A stretch of DNA of 64,000 nucleotides, from the NCBI GenBank assembly GCA_036172245.1, contig JAYWIR010000024.1, forward strand, positions 2,108,001 through 2,172,000, given 5' to 3'. The notes beneath the pieces were generated by a model. The model saw nothing but the letters and a program-made list of their open reading frames with translations. It searched no databases and was not told the origin of the DNA. Source of the stretch: Raillietiella orientalis (Eukaryota). Below are positions 49,041 to 61,799 of this stretch, piece by piece (position 1 is the first letter of the stretch; each line of letters begins with the position of its first letter). The position numbers were made by a program, and so were the translations under genes.

Positions 49041-50207
49041 CCTGCTGAGGACAAGGAAGGATGAAAATTATGAATAGGCGATCGAGCACCTGCGAGACCC
49101 TTTCGCTCTCAAATCGCAGGAGAAGGGGGTTCCAGGGAGTTCCCTCAACTTCTGCTCCCAGGTGTCTCCGCGTTCCCCTACTTCTAGGAGCAGAGGCTGC
49201 AGATCCCCCTGACCACCTCCGTCCTGAGGCTCGGATTGCAATCTCCACCTTCCGGAGACCCGGGGTCTGCCTCCGCGCCAGCGAACGTCAGCTGTCTGCT
49301 CTCGGAGCGCGGACCGCCGACGTCCCCGAGTACCGGGATACTCCGAGTCTCGCCCGCCCGCGTCGCCACTCCCTAGGGGAAACGAAGGAAGCCCTCGAGT
49401 CCTTTGCTCACATTCGGCCAAGGAAGAGGATAAGATGATGGAGGTGGAGCCTATTTGCCGCAGCGCGCTCAGGGGACACCTTACCTGCTGAGGCAGGAGC
49501 GACGGCGCGGTTGGCGGAGCAGCTCGCGCTCATTGCCCAAGGGCGGAGACTCTCCCCGGAGACTCTTCGCCGTTTTCGAGCTTCCTCGGTCACCTCGTTC
49601 AGCTGCAACTTGCGGCGAGTCACGTCGCTCCCGGCGGATCAGGAGGAGGAGGAGCTGATGATTACAGGAGACCTTGTCGTCTCGCCTCTCCAGACCTCCG
49701 GTCCCCTCGCGACCCTGCTATTGGCCGGCTCCCACCCGCCACAAGAGAGTTCAGAAAGCGGGAGTAGTCGAAGAAGACACCCTCTCGCCGTTGCTGACTG
49801 CTCTGTCCCTTCGCTAGGAGGGGTGTTACCGCAATCGCGCAAACTCCACGCCAGATGGCAACTGCGGCGGCAGGCAAGATCTCTGCTTAGGATGCCTGTA
49901 CGCACCAACCGCTGAGGGTGGGTGCCGTCCAAAGTGCAGGCGAGTCGACTGCAGTCGGATTCTCTTCCCTCCGGAGGCAGCTGCAAGCCCATAAAGGTTC
50001 GGTCTGCCTCCGGGAACGTGGACAGGAATACTCGAGGAGGTTGCGCCCTTCCATCGCTGTGAAGCTCCAGGAGTTGTGTTCACCGGAAAGGTTCCTTTCG
50101 TGAGGGCCCTCCTCTCCATCAGTCTTCCGCCGAGCCACTGACCGGCAGTGTTATGCCTGCTACTGTGGAGCTAGAAAATTCTCGGTCTCTGAGGCCCCTC
50201 TGTTTCC

Positions 50208-52380
50208 CACCTGGGTGCACCGGGTCATTTATTTCTAAAGTATCCGGGAACAGGGTTCCCGGACAAAGGACACAGAAAAACGAATGGAGGGATCCCCGAC
50301 ACGCAGGTCGGTAAACCGAAAGTCCGGAACGGGCGGCAGGGGATCACAAATGGACATATAAAAAATATAAATAAAGATATGGGGAGGAGAGGGGACAGAG
50401 GTATTTGGTTTCCACAGTTCCTTTCCTTCAGAACCGGCGGTGAATGCCAGAGATCTCTTCCTCACGTCTTCCGGAAGATGGGCCCACTGGGCAGCCGACG
50501 TCATGTTCTCGTCGGCTATTCCGGTGGTCTGTCGTCGAATCGCCAGCTCCTCCAGCTCTCGATGAGCCTTGTCGATGGCGCGGGTGCAACAGACCGTTGC
50601 AATAACAGCACCTAAGGACAGGCCACCACTGGCGCGAAGAAGCGGCGCATCAAATCCCTTGCGGTGTCCCCCTGGAGCAAAGAGCTGAGGCCAGCCTCCG
50701 CCACAGTCCTTGGAGGACACGGCAGTCCAAGAGCAGGTGCGGCAGCGTTCCAACTTCTCCTCACCTTTTGCAGTTCGGGGAGACAACTCCCCCGGAAACA
50801 CGGTTCGTCCGCTGGTTGGAGTGAAAATCCCAATGCACCAGCATGATGACGTCCGGTTTCCACGTTAGGGGGAATACAGAAGTGTTCGAGCACGAGGGAG
50901 GGACCACAAGTTCTTCCGGAGGCACACTCGAAAGTTCGCTCCACCGAAGGAGTCCCTTCGCGATGTTGCGATGCGTGGCGGCGTCTGCCAACTCGCTAGT
51001 TCTCCAGCCGCCCATGGGTCGGGTTGCTCCTGCGATGGTGCAGGCGACCTCCCACCTCGCCGGTAGGCAGCCCTGTCATCACTTGTCCTGAGGGCTGACA
51101 GCGCGTCGGCGAAGGGCGTGACGGCCAGGCGAGTCCACTTCTCCTGGCTGTTCCAGACCTCCTCCACCGTACAGTACGGAGAGAGGTTGGCGCAACGGAG
51201 TTTCAAAAGGGAAACATCCCGTTGCCTTGCTCAGGCATGCAACGGTTCCTGCCGCCAGACGTTAAAGTTTGTTGGGCGGCAGGAGATCCATGTGTGGGCT
51301 ACCAGGAGCCGGTAGAGGGGTTTCAAAGGGAAACCGAAGCTTCTCCAGTGGCGCGCTCCGTATGCGGCAGCAGAGAGTGTCCGATCCGAGAGAAGTCCTT
51401 CGCTGCCGGTGCAGCGCCGCAGTAGCAGGCGCGCGGGAGCACACCACGGAGTGGGCCAAAGGTCGGCGCACAGGGCCAACACACGTAACTGCACTTGCAG
51501 TTCAATCCTCTCCAGAGTCAGGATGTCCAAGCCGGCATCCCGACGCAGAGACTCCAAGTCTTTGAGGAGGATCCTGGACCTCGCATGTCCCCACAAAGTG
51601 TTTCTTAACGGGCTTCGTGCCTGGAGCTTGGCCGAGTAGGAAAGCGGACAAACAAAAAAACAGGGGGCGTGAGAGGGGAGCAACGAAGGTGTTCCAAACG
51701 GAGGCCTGCTCCGTCAGGAGGAACCTGCCAAGGTGGAATGGGCTTACAGCACTCGCAGCCTTCCGAAGACAGTCTGACCACGCTTCCACTGGACTGCTGT
51801 TTCCCAGCAGAACGCCTAAGTACTTCAAAGACGTAGCGATCGAGATCTCCAGGCGGATCGAGTTGGACTGCCCCTCCCACGCCGCACCAACAGGAACGAC
51901 CACACTCTTGCTCCGGTGACGCTCATGCCCGCTTCCCGGCGAATAGCTCGAGGAAATCCTCGAGACTGGACTCCAGTGTGGTCATGGGTAAAAGGAGAAG
52001 CAGGACATCGGCATAGGTCGCCACGGACGGCGTACCTGGACAAGAGCTCGGCAGGCTGGACACGTCAGCCTGAACGCCCTCAGCACCAACTCAATGAAGA
52101 TGCTGAAGAGCAACGGGCTTAAACTGTCGCCCTGCCTGATGCCCCGCCTCATCGGCACGCCGTACACGTGGCAGCCGCTGAAACAGATAGAGATGAGCGC
52201 GAGGCGCCAGCAGGCGCGCAAATAGACCACGAGGTGCACCGGGAGACCGAGGCATTCCCGGAGCTCCAAAAGGAGTTCCTGGTTGACGCAGTCGACCGCC
52301 TTGTGGAGATCGATCGCGACCGCCAAGGCACTCGGCGTTTCCTCAGGCCGAATGCACCTACGCCTAGCCGATGAGGCCCC
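50208..52380 (-). mobile_element. LINE ORF2 RT to 3' end, frameshifted
   Basis: AVAIDLHKAVDCV, RRGIRQGDSLSPLLF, LKYLG and AAQWAHL motifs; terminal motif at 50208-50234. 50685-52147 is near-identical to 13640-15108. Confidence 0.9.
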
Positions 52381-52449
52381 TCAGAACTCGCGTCGCTGAG
52401 AAACACGCGCGATAACGTAAAAAGAACATTCTTTGCTTTTGCGATGCCT

Positions 52450-52549
52450 GGGACGGGCGTCCCTTGGCTTTTGAATGTTCCATTTTGTGGGGACGGGCGT
52501 CCCCCGATCGCGTTGGCTTGTCGTCCGGGCCGCGGGGACGGGCGTCCCC
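52450..52549. repeat. Three spaced copies of the hairpin GGGACG-GG-CGTCCC
   Basis: Copies at 52450-52463, 52489-52504 and 52534-52549, separated by 25 and 29 nt. Confidence 0.9.
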
Positions 52550-52879
52550 CGGCTACCGGATGACTCGCACCCTTTTTCTGAGACCCGCCCTCGAGGGCAG
52601 ACAGCAGCGATACGAGAAGACGAGGAACGGGACCAGCTGGGTAGCTGAACCGGAGGAGCACACACGAACGAGTATCGGTCGGGGAAACGGGAATGAGAGA
52701 GAGCGTTTTAGGAGCAGCAGACGGAGATCGGAGCCGAGATCGACGGAGGGCAAGGTCAGCGGCAGTGCTAGAACGTTTGGACGGTCCGTCCGCTCAGCCC
52801 CCACAAATCCGTGACGTTTGTTCCAGCTGCCAGGAAGCGCCGCAGGCGAGCCAGCCATCGACCTGGAGGCAGTCGCGCG

Positions 52880-53230
52880 AAGATGAACTGACCATGCAGT
52901 AATCAGACATCGAGACGGCGATCAGCCAACACCCCCAAGATGCGCCAACGACACACCAGATCAGTAGACGTTACAAGGATCAGCCAAGATGAGCCGAAGA
53001 CCCGAACAGGCCAGAAAAGCCGACTCGACAATCATCCGATGAGCCGAAGGTGACGAGCCGTCGCCACGGTGATCGGCCAACGATCGGGAGATGGACCGAA
53101 GACCCGAAGATCGAGACGACGCCGTAGAAATCAACCGTCACGCAACGACAACACGATCTGGCGAAGAAGACAAGGAGATGACCCGATACCCTGACGAGCC
53201 AGCGACACGGCGATCAGCCGAGGATCTGCC
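52880..53230 (+). repeat. Degenerate low-complexity minisatellite (gatgagccgaag / cggcgatcagcc motifs)
   Basis: Recurring cggcgatcagcc (~52916, ~53208), gatcagccaagatgagccgaag (~52978) and gatgagccgaag (~53038); the strand is T-poor. Confidence 0.55.
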
Positions 53231-53699
53231 GGACCAATACAACGCTGCTTCTTTGGAGGAGCCGGCATTTCCCTTTAGGGAATAGCAGGAAGACCTTTCA
53301 CGTTTATGTGACAAACCCGGATTTCACGAAGGCATTCATCCTTGTTCCAATCTCTTCTTATGAGAAATCTTCCCTCGGAGAGAATGTCATTTGAAGTTTT
53401 CACAGAAGAAAGGCCGATTTACGGAAGAGCCAATTCGAGGACATGGAATAACGTTCATGTTGAGCCTGTTAAGAACCTTTTACGAAAATCTACTCGGAGT
53501 GGAACAGAAATTCCAAATAAAGGTCGGCAAGTTTTGAGGCCCCTCTGTGATGGCAGTGCAGTGCCCACCGCTTCTGAGTGCTCCGGATGAGTTCCCTTCT
53601 CGCAGCAGCCGCCGGAAGGGATCCGCACCGGGAAATCAAGAAGGAAAATAAACAAAAAAAAAAAGGATACTAAGATGCTGAAAAGTTTTTACCATCCTG

Positions 53700-55750
53700 G
53701 AATCTCAGAGGGACACCTGCTAGCTCTACGGGACGAAAAGGGGCTGCGGCTCTGCAGACAGCCTGGCTACCTGGGCCCACGAGGACTTTCTGAGCCATCC
53801 CGTGATCTCCTGCAACGTGCAACGATGCAGTTCGGATGCTGGAGACACGGCGCTTCTTTCGAGACCGTGCCGTTCATCTCCGTCCACGTCTGGACTGCTC
53901 CCTTTGGGCCAGTAATTAAAAAGATCGGTCCCGCACCAAGGCAACCCGAAGTTACCCGTATCGGGCCGGTAGCTGCAGACATGGAAAGACGAGAGAGCCT
54001 CTGAGTCGGCTGCTCACTTGGCCGCAGGAGGCTGTTGAGTCACGGTCTGCATACCAGGGAGTGTACCCGGAAGTTTCTTCTACGACACTTCCTCAGCCAT
54101 CTGTTGGAAGCGGCGATGCAGGACTGGGCAAAGCGGTCGGCTCTGGCCGCCACATCTCTCGTCGCAGCTCAGGCGTGGTCCAGTATTTTCCCTTTATTAC
54201 CAGCCTTCAGGAAGACTGAACAGAAGATTCAGGTGTGGTTCTGAGCCAAGGCATTCATCTGCCGAAGTTGACATCCGCATCGGGGTAGTCTTCAGTGGAT
54301 GTAGACCAGAGAGAACGCAAGTCTTTCCGAGCCGGCTGCTCGTTTGGAGAGGATGAGCACTGGCATCAATGCCTGGTCCAGTATTTTCCCTTTAGTACCA
54401 GTCTCCCAAACTGCAACTGGCGTTCCATTCTCATCAGCGTCAGGAGGCCAGTCCCGATGCTGAAGAGGCCGTCCCGACGCGGAGCGCAAAAGTCCTTCAA
54501 ACGGACGCGGGACCTCTATGTCCCGCAGAAGACTTTTCCCCGGAAGGTCCTCAGTCCTCTTCTTTGCATTATTGGGAGAGAGAAAAACAAAAATCGGGGG
54601 ACAGGGAATGGGGGCCACAAACGTGTTCCATATGACTTCCCGTTCCGACAAGAGGAGCTGGTCATTTTGGAACGGGCCGAGAGCTGACTGTCTCTTCTTG
54701 CAGACAGTTGGACCACGCCTCTGCCAAGGACAAGTCCCCCAACAGTACACCGAGTACTTCAAATACCGTGGGGATCCCCGAGAGGATGCACTACAGCCGT
54801 TCAGCCAACGCCGCACCTACTGGACAGAAGGGACGACTTCGTCCTGTTCGCGCACCGCCAGCGCCGCGACGGATCAACTCGAGGAACTCCTCGAGCAACG
54901 CCGCCGGGGCTGACACGGGGATCAGGATCAAAAGATCGAGGGTCGACACAGTAGGAGTGCCGACGCACGAGCTTAGCGGGGTTTCCCTGTATGCTCTCAG
55001 CGCCAACTCGGAATAGGTGCTGAAGATCAAGGAACCCTGGCCCTACTGTCTTCGGCGCCTCACTGGGGCACACCAAACACGTGCTAGCCGCTGGAAAAGA
55101 TGCTAATGATCGCGGGCTCCAGATGGAGCGCAGATGGACTGCAATGCTGCCGGGAATCCCATGCGTTCCTGGAGCTCCTTCTGGAGTTCCTGGTCGAACG
55201 CAGTCGAGTGCCTGTTACAAGTCGACTGCGACCGCAAGGGCTCCCTCATCCACACTGCCTCCCGTCGCCTGGCCAGCTAGGAATTCAGGACTCCTGTGGC
55301 CGACTGAAACGCACCCTTGCAACTGGAGCCACGTACTGGCCAGGGACAGGTTTGCTTCCACGCTCCGTCCGGAACAGCAGACGACTGTTCCGGACTGACT
55401 AAGGTTTCGGCAAAGCGCCGCAGGCGTTTCAGCCCGCAGCTTCCCTAGCAGCTTGGCATCCTCATTAACGATAGTGATCGGACAGCAGTTGCTCAGGTTG
55501 ATCAGGTCTTCTCCCGAGGGAGCTGCAGTACTCTCGCTGACTGGGAAGAAGCAGACATCTGGTCTCTCCCGAATCAGTGTGGACAGCTGATGCACCAGAG
55601 AAGTCAGTTTTGCCGCAAAGCTTAGGTGAAACTCGGCTGGTATGCTGTCCTCCCCTGGGGCTTTCTTTCGCCTGAGCTTGCCGAGGCGATGATTTCTCCC
55701 ATTCCATGATCGATAATTGGTTGCGCATGGGATCCTTCGTCATGCAAACG
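53700..55750 (-). mobile_element. Decayed LINE RT copy
   Basis: NLSNCCPITIVNEDAKLL, GRSVEANL, ALAVAVDL, FSTYSELALRAY and VIWNTFVAP motifs. Confidence 0.82.
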
Positions 55751-56249
55751 CTAGTCCCCCGTTAGGTGAACCACCATTGAGCGGTCCATCGTTATTGAGA
55801 ACAGCTTTCGGCGGCCCTCAGTGTTGAGGGGGGATTCGAGTAGCAGTAGAGCGAGTCCTGCGTCTTTGTAGGTGATCTTATTGAGCTGCCCTCTGCTTCC
55901 GATTGAGATCCCAACTAGCTCTTACTTCTTAATTCCTAATCTGTACAGCTGCTTCATGAAGGAACCGCAATTTCATCAGAGAAAATCCTGGCCACCTTAT
56001 ACAGCAGACCCGGATTCCATCCACCGGCCCTATAGATCTCCTCTTCAGCTATGGAATCCGCTATCGAAGGAGGAACCACAGCGCTCCATTCCTTCTTTGG
56101 GACGGGGATGATTCTATGGGGCAGGACGTCCCCACATACATAGGCTTGGGAGATTTCATCATCTATGGATCTATCTCCGGCCTATCTTGGGGTGGCATTT
56201 TCAGACATTGCTGCCATCATACCACCGAATCTCCGAACACACCGCCGCC

Positions 56250-58180
56250 CAAGCAAAAAACGCTGCTTGTCGAACTCGGAGCTCGACAAGCATGTCCGTC
56301 CATGAAAAGGCATTGGTACAGTGTGCCACGAGTACGCAGAGGCATCAGGCAGGCCAGCAGTCCCTTTGCTCTTCAGCATCTTCTACGAGTTGGTGCTGAG
56401 AGCGTGCAGGCTATGGCGTTGGCCAACCTTTCCAGCTCCTTCCCGGGCACGCTAGCCGTGGCCGCCAATGCGGACTGCCTGCTTTCCGTGTCCACCCCGG
56501 CGTCCAGGCTCGAGGATTTCTTCGAAATGATCCTTCGGAGAGCAGGCATGCGCGTCAACAGGGCCAAAGCATGGTCGGCTCTATGGGTGTGTCAGGGGAG
56601 GGACAGTCCGGCTGGATCTGCCTGGGGTTCTCACGGGAAGCTGCTTCAAGTACCTTGGCATTCCGGTGGGCAACTTCGGCGCTGACGAGGCGTGGTCGGT
56701 CTGCCTTCGAAAGGTCGAGTTGTCTCTCGGCCCGTCCGTCGACGGCAAGTTCGTCGCGCCGGAACGGAGCACCAATCGGAATACTTTTGTTGTCCCTTCC
56801 TCCGCCTCCGTTCTTTGTGTTTTCTCCCCGCTGCTCGGCCAAGTTCCAGGCCCGACTCCTGTTGAGGCATGCCCTTTGTGAATCTGAAAGGTCCAGAATC
56901 CGCCTCAAGGACTGGGCTGCGTGACGTCAGGATGCCGGCTTGGGCATCCTGACAAAATTGGACTGCAGATGCGCATTCCGCATGTTGGCTCCCTACGGCA
57001 AGTTTCGTGCGCCATCCTTCGGCGATGCGCCGACAGCGAGGGACTGCTCTCTTTGCTGCCGAGTTCCGGTACAGGATGTGGGGATTGGCCATGCCTCTGA
57101 GGCAACTCGCCTCCCTCCTGGAAGCCCAACCGTGGATCTCCTGTCGCCCTCTGAACCTGAGGGCTCAGCCGCAGTAGTTTGTTGCATCCTGGGCTGCATA
57201 CCTGTGTCCGGAAGAAGTTTGTCCCTCGCCACTTCCTCAACCAACCGTTGGTGGCGGCGATGCAGGACTGGCCAAAGAGGTCGACCCTGGCCGTTACACC
57301 CCTCGCCGCAGCGCTGTCTGTCCGTTGCCAACCGGCGGGTCGGGAGCTTTCCTGCGTCACTGCAGGGAGGACGAACGAGAACGAACCTCGTTGGCGTCTG
57401 GAAGGCGCGTGAGCTGGAGGATGCCTCCATTCCGTATACCATGGCGACGGGGCTACGTCGTTCCCCGACGAACTTGTGGTCCCTCCCTTATGTTTCAACA
57501 GTTTCGTGTTCTTTAAACTGGAAGCATGGAGTGCTTCTGTTTCTTCGCGGAGTTTCCAATGCTATCGGAGCTGGCACGTCGTCTCCGGGGAAGTTGCATT
57601 TCCAAACTGTGCACGGTGCTGGTCGGTGGAATCGATACTCCATCTGCTATTGGACTGAGAGCCCCTCACGAACTTTATAGAAGGCTGACTTCGGCTCTCC
57701 AGCGACAGAAGGACACCGTCCGTGACTTACCGCAGCCGTTCTTCGCACGTGGCAGACTCGGCTGGTGCAGGGATCTCGACGAGGCCTTGCATCCGCGCGC
57801 CCCGCCATTGTCACGGCCCGTCATGTCTTGCAAACGCAGGCGCAGCGATGGGAGATCACCTATATAGCAACTGCCTACATGAGGTCGGCTAGGTCTCACC
57901 TTGAAGAGGAAGTCAAGGCAGAGATCTCTGGCATCCAGCGCCGTCTCTAAGGAAGGAAAGCTCTAAAAGGAAGGAACCACTAACACCGGTAACCCCTGTC
58001 CCCATCCACCCCTTATTCATTTATTGTCACCTCTCACCCGTCTCCGGCTTCTAGATGTCACGATCTGCATGTTGAGGGGCTCCCCTTGAACTTTTTTTGT
58101 CTTTGATTGGGAACCAGCGTGTTTCTAACTGTTTTTGTTATTATTTGTTATTAAATAAACGTCCTGGCGTGACCGGATGA
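56250..58180 (+). mobile_element. Decayed LINE RT 3' half to 3' end
   Basis: VRRGIRQ, VAANADCLL, CARCWSVESILHLLLD and SHLEEEVKAEISGIQRRL motifs; terminal motif at 58153-58179. Confidence 0.82.
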
Positions 58181-58379
58181 TAAATTTCTGGCGGTGATGA
58201 TGCCGAGCTGCCCTCGGAGGACGAGGAAATGACCGTTGCCTCTGAGGAGAAGGCAGCAAGAAACACGGGCAGAGGTCGGAGGCGATTCCGCTTCCCATGC
58301 TGCCGGTTGTCCACTCGCAGGACGGGGCGAGAAGCATGCCGTCATCTTTCCAGCTCTAATGCGGGGAACCACGTCTTTT

Positions 58380-59800
58380 CGTCGTGTATCTGTGGCCTGT
58401 TGGAATAGGCTGCAGGACGACGAGCAGAGGCGGGCTACAGCCAGTCTCTCTGCGCCGATTCGACTTGGCACTCCTGCAGGGGATCCGCAAAATCTCCGAT
58501 CAGCAGGCTGCCGAGCTCGAGCAAGGCGCGGGCGAGACGCCGCAGCTACACGGGAAGCGAGGCGTTGCATTGCTCGTCCGGAGCAGGGGTGCCAGGAGCG
58601 GTGAGCAGCGTTCGCTTCGACGAGGACGAAGGAGTGGACCAACTTGTTCTCAGGTGGTCCGACTCGATCGATCTCGTCGTCACAAAAGCCTATGCTCCCA
58701 CAGGATCGAATTCTTCAGCATCCTTTGCAGCTAGCGGATTGCAATCCCCGACCTCAGAATAGCGCATCTGGTCGCAGGGGATTTCAACGCTCATCTGCGC
58801 TCAGACGAGTGCAGCACTCTGAGGGAGAAAACTGGTTGCTAGGTGTATGCGACAACCTTGCTGGCCAGCAAACCTAGAATGGAAGGATCGCTGGACCACG
58901 TCTTCCTCGACGAGAACCTGCTCAGGCCGGAGGGTGCGCGCCTCCTACCATTTCAGGCTGGAGCTGAAGCTCCTCTCGCCTTGCAAGGGACCTCCGAACA
59001 ACGTTTGGAGGATGCCGGCAGACTGGCCTAGCCATCCGGAGGTGGCAGAGCATCTCCACCAGTTCTTCCGTGGCTCTTCCATCCGTGAGATCGCGGACTG
59101 GGACGAGCTGAAGAGATCGGTCCACGGTTCAGCCTTCGCGCAGCTTCGGAGAGGGCGTGGCCAATAGCCGGGCTTTACCGCAGTCCCGTATTTTCCCTCC
59201 CTCAGAACTCGCGGACGCCTTGCGGATTGCATTCCCACCCGATCACAGGTTGCTCCCTGTTGGCCTTATCATTCACTCCAGGATGCCGGCAAGTTCCTAT
59301 CGCGGCCACCCCGCCGAGGCCCTTAGGAACGAGAAGACGAAGGAGGGGATGGCTTCTCGGTCATTACGACCTCCGTCGTCGGGGGCTTCCGGCCGCCACG
59401 GTTCCGCAGACGCAGCAGGAACACTGCGATCGTCGCAGCAGACGACATCCTGCCGCGCGGTAAAGGGGCGTCTGAATGAGACCCTCGGGAGGTCTTCTGG
59501 GAAGTTCAGAAACGTGGCCAAACGTTTAAAGGGTCAACACACTCCAAAAGCAGGTGCGGCAGGATTTCCCTTTCGCTGCACCTGTCGCACTTCCCCTGGT
59601 CCAGTGGTAGGAGCGTGCGTTGCATAGGATGGCCCGGTGAGGCAGTCGCCAGCCGAGTCCCGCCACTTCAGGGGTGGAAGCACGGAGTTGCCGAAGAACA
59701 CTGCGTGGATCTCCACTTCTTCCAACGGGATTCCAAAGAGAATCCTCCCAGCGCAGAAGCCCTTTGGGGAGGGCGGAGCGGTGGAAGCATCATCCAGTTG
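58380..59800 (+). mobile_element. Decayed LINE APE endonuclease region
   Basis: VACWN, FDLALLQG, KAYAP, LVAGDFNAHL (~58768), SLDHVF and WRM..WDELKRSV, in L1-type order. Confidence 0.75.
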
Positions 59801-60769
59801 AACGCGCCGTCTAGCATCCCAATATCTTTATTTTTCCTGCGATCTCGCAGTTCATGTTCCATATTGCGGTCTGGCGACTATCCTGGCTATGCTGCAGGGA
59901 CGACAGTGTCTCAGCAAGATGGATTTGCTGGGTCCACAGGGTGTCTCTCGGGCAGTCCATCATCTCCTTCAGCGAGCAGAGAGCAGCTGGAAGATCGAAG
60001 GCAATGCACCATCTCCGCTCACAGGTCAGATGTGCGAACCCTGGTGCGGCCAGGTGAGAATAAAGGAGCGTTCCGATTTTCTAGAAAGGCAACTCCAAGA
60101 TGAAGCGCTTGAACTGATCCTGCTCCAGAGTCTGCGGAGATGCGACTGTGGAAGATGGGAAAAGGGGAAGGAGAAGAGGGAACCGGAAGAGCAGACACCG
60201 GCAAAGAGGGCTGGGCGGCCGCTCCAAAGAAGAGAAGCGGATGGAGCCCTGGAAACCTGCATCCGACAGCGACGAGCACCGCCGGAAACTTGGGATCGGC
60301 GGGACCGTGCTCGGAGGCTGCGCGCACCATCGCGCTCATCCTGCTGGACACAGCCAAAGAAATCTGCCGTTCCTCGACCCACGCCGGAAGAAAGGAACGA
60401 CTTCGTCTTGGAATCCGGAAGGGGGAGAACAGAACTCGGCTCCCGAGCTTTACCCTCCCCTAAGACCACATCCTTCAACTGGGGAGTTGTCGAACTCTCC
60501 TTTGTGAGTTCCACTCTGATGTCCATAGCAACCAATGTCTTTCATGGATTTCGCATTCCTGTTCTTCGATTTATTGTCCGTTCCTGTACAAAGCGATGTG
60601 GCCTTTGGCAAGCAGCATCCTGAAGAGGTTACAGAAAAGAGATGGGGGAGGGAAGCAAAAACAAACGAAAAAAAAAAAAGAGGTCTCCAGAGTCCGGTCT
60701 TGTAATGATGCTGCTGCTTCGGAACCGATTCGCACCACTCGGCAGCATCCGCTGGTTTCGTGTCCTCCT

Positions 60770-61331
60770 TCAGCGCAGACCCTCCGCGCACGAAAGCATC
60801 TCGGCGTAGTACCCATCGCTAACTACCACCTCCCCTTGACAGTTGTAGCCTCCGCGCTTGTGTATGAGCGCAGCATCCAGGCAGTTCACATTGCCGTCCC
60901 TGTTGCAGTCCTGCAAGCGGGAGAGCCCAACAGAACCTCACGATCCAGACATTCCTGGTGTTCCTTCCCATCCGTCCCTCGCTCGCTCGACCCCCCTTTC
61001 TCTCTTGTATGACTTGCCTTGAGGAACTTCTGCGTGTACAACTCCACCGTCCGCTCAGCGCAAGAGAAGTCCTTCGTGCAGCTCCTGTAAGCTGGAAGGC
61101 AGAAGGAAGATTTGCAGTGGGAGGAAGGGAGGGACAGACCTTCCCCCCCATGACTCAGAGGTTTACCTTCCTCCCTAGGGGTCGTCCTTCCTCCCTGCAC
61201 GGTAGGAGATCCGGCATCGATCCAGTATGAAAGACTGATCAAGAAAGGACCGCAATAACCGTTGACGCACTCCACGCTCAGGTTGCAGTGCGTGCTTGCG
61301 TTGCAGATGCATCTGTAGCATTCCTTGTTCA
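60770..61331 (-). CDS. Invertebrate-type (i-type/destabilase family) lysozyme; first, signal-peptide exon not resolved
   Basis: Exons 61331-61167 (NKECYRCICNASTHCNLSVECVNGYCGPFLISLSYWIDAGSP), 61091-61018 (AYRSCTKDFSCAERTVELYTQKFLK) and 60910-60770 (DCNRDGNVNCLDAALIHKRGGYNC..*). Cysteine pattern is typical of the family. Confidence 0.92.
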
Positions 61332-61799
61332 CTAAAACACAAAACGGAAACCACTGCTACCACGGAGACAAATCTCGGATATAAGCAATGATCAAAACAG
61401 GGAGAGCAAGAGAGAAAATTTTGTATTCGTAGACGTCCTGCGGGCTCCAGGTCGCTGAGGGACAATCCAGAGCACCGGGCAGAGCAGGAAAATTCGACAT
61501 CTGAACAGTTTTTTTTTCGAAATCAGCTGTGGCAGATAAAGCGAGGCTGAGCCTTGGAGATGGACACGGAGAAGCAGCGCAGCTGGTGGCAGCCGTCGCA
61601 GCGCTAGAAAACATCGCCTTCTTCGAACGGCGTCCCAGAAACCCGCACAATCATCCACGACAAAATCCTACTGCATCCAGTTCAACGGGGATGAGACCTT
61701 TTCCCGCCGGTAGAAATTCGAGAGATTTTGGGTCTCTTCTTTAGCACCTCGTGATCGCAAGAACGGCCAAATCCCTAAAAAGCCGGAAAATCCAAGAAC

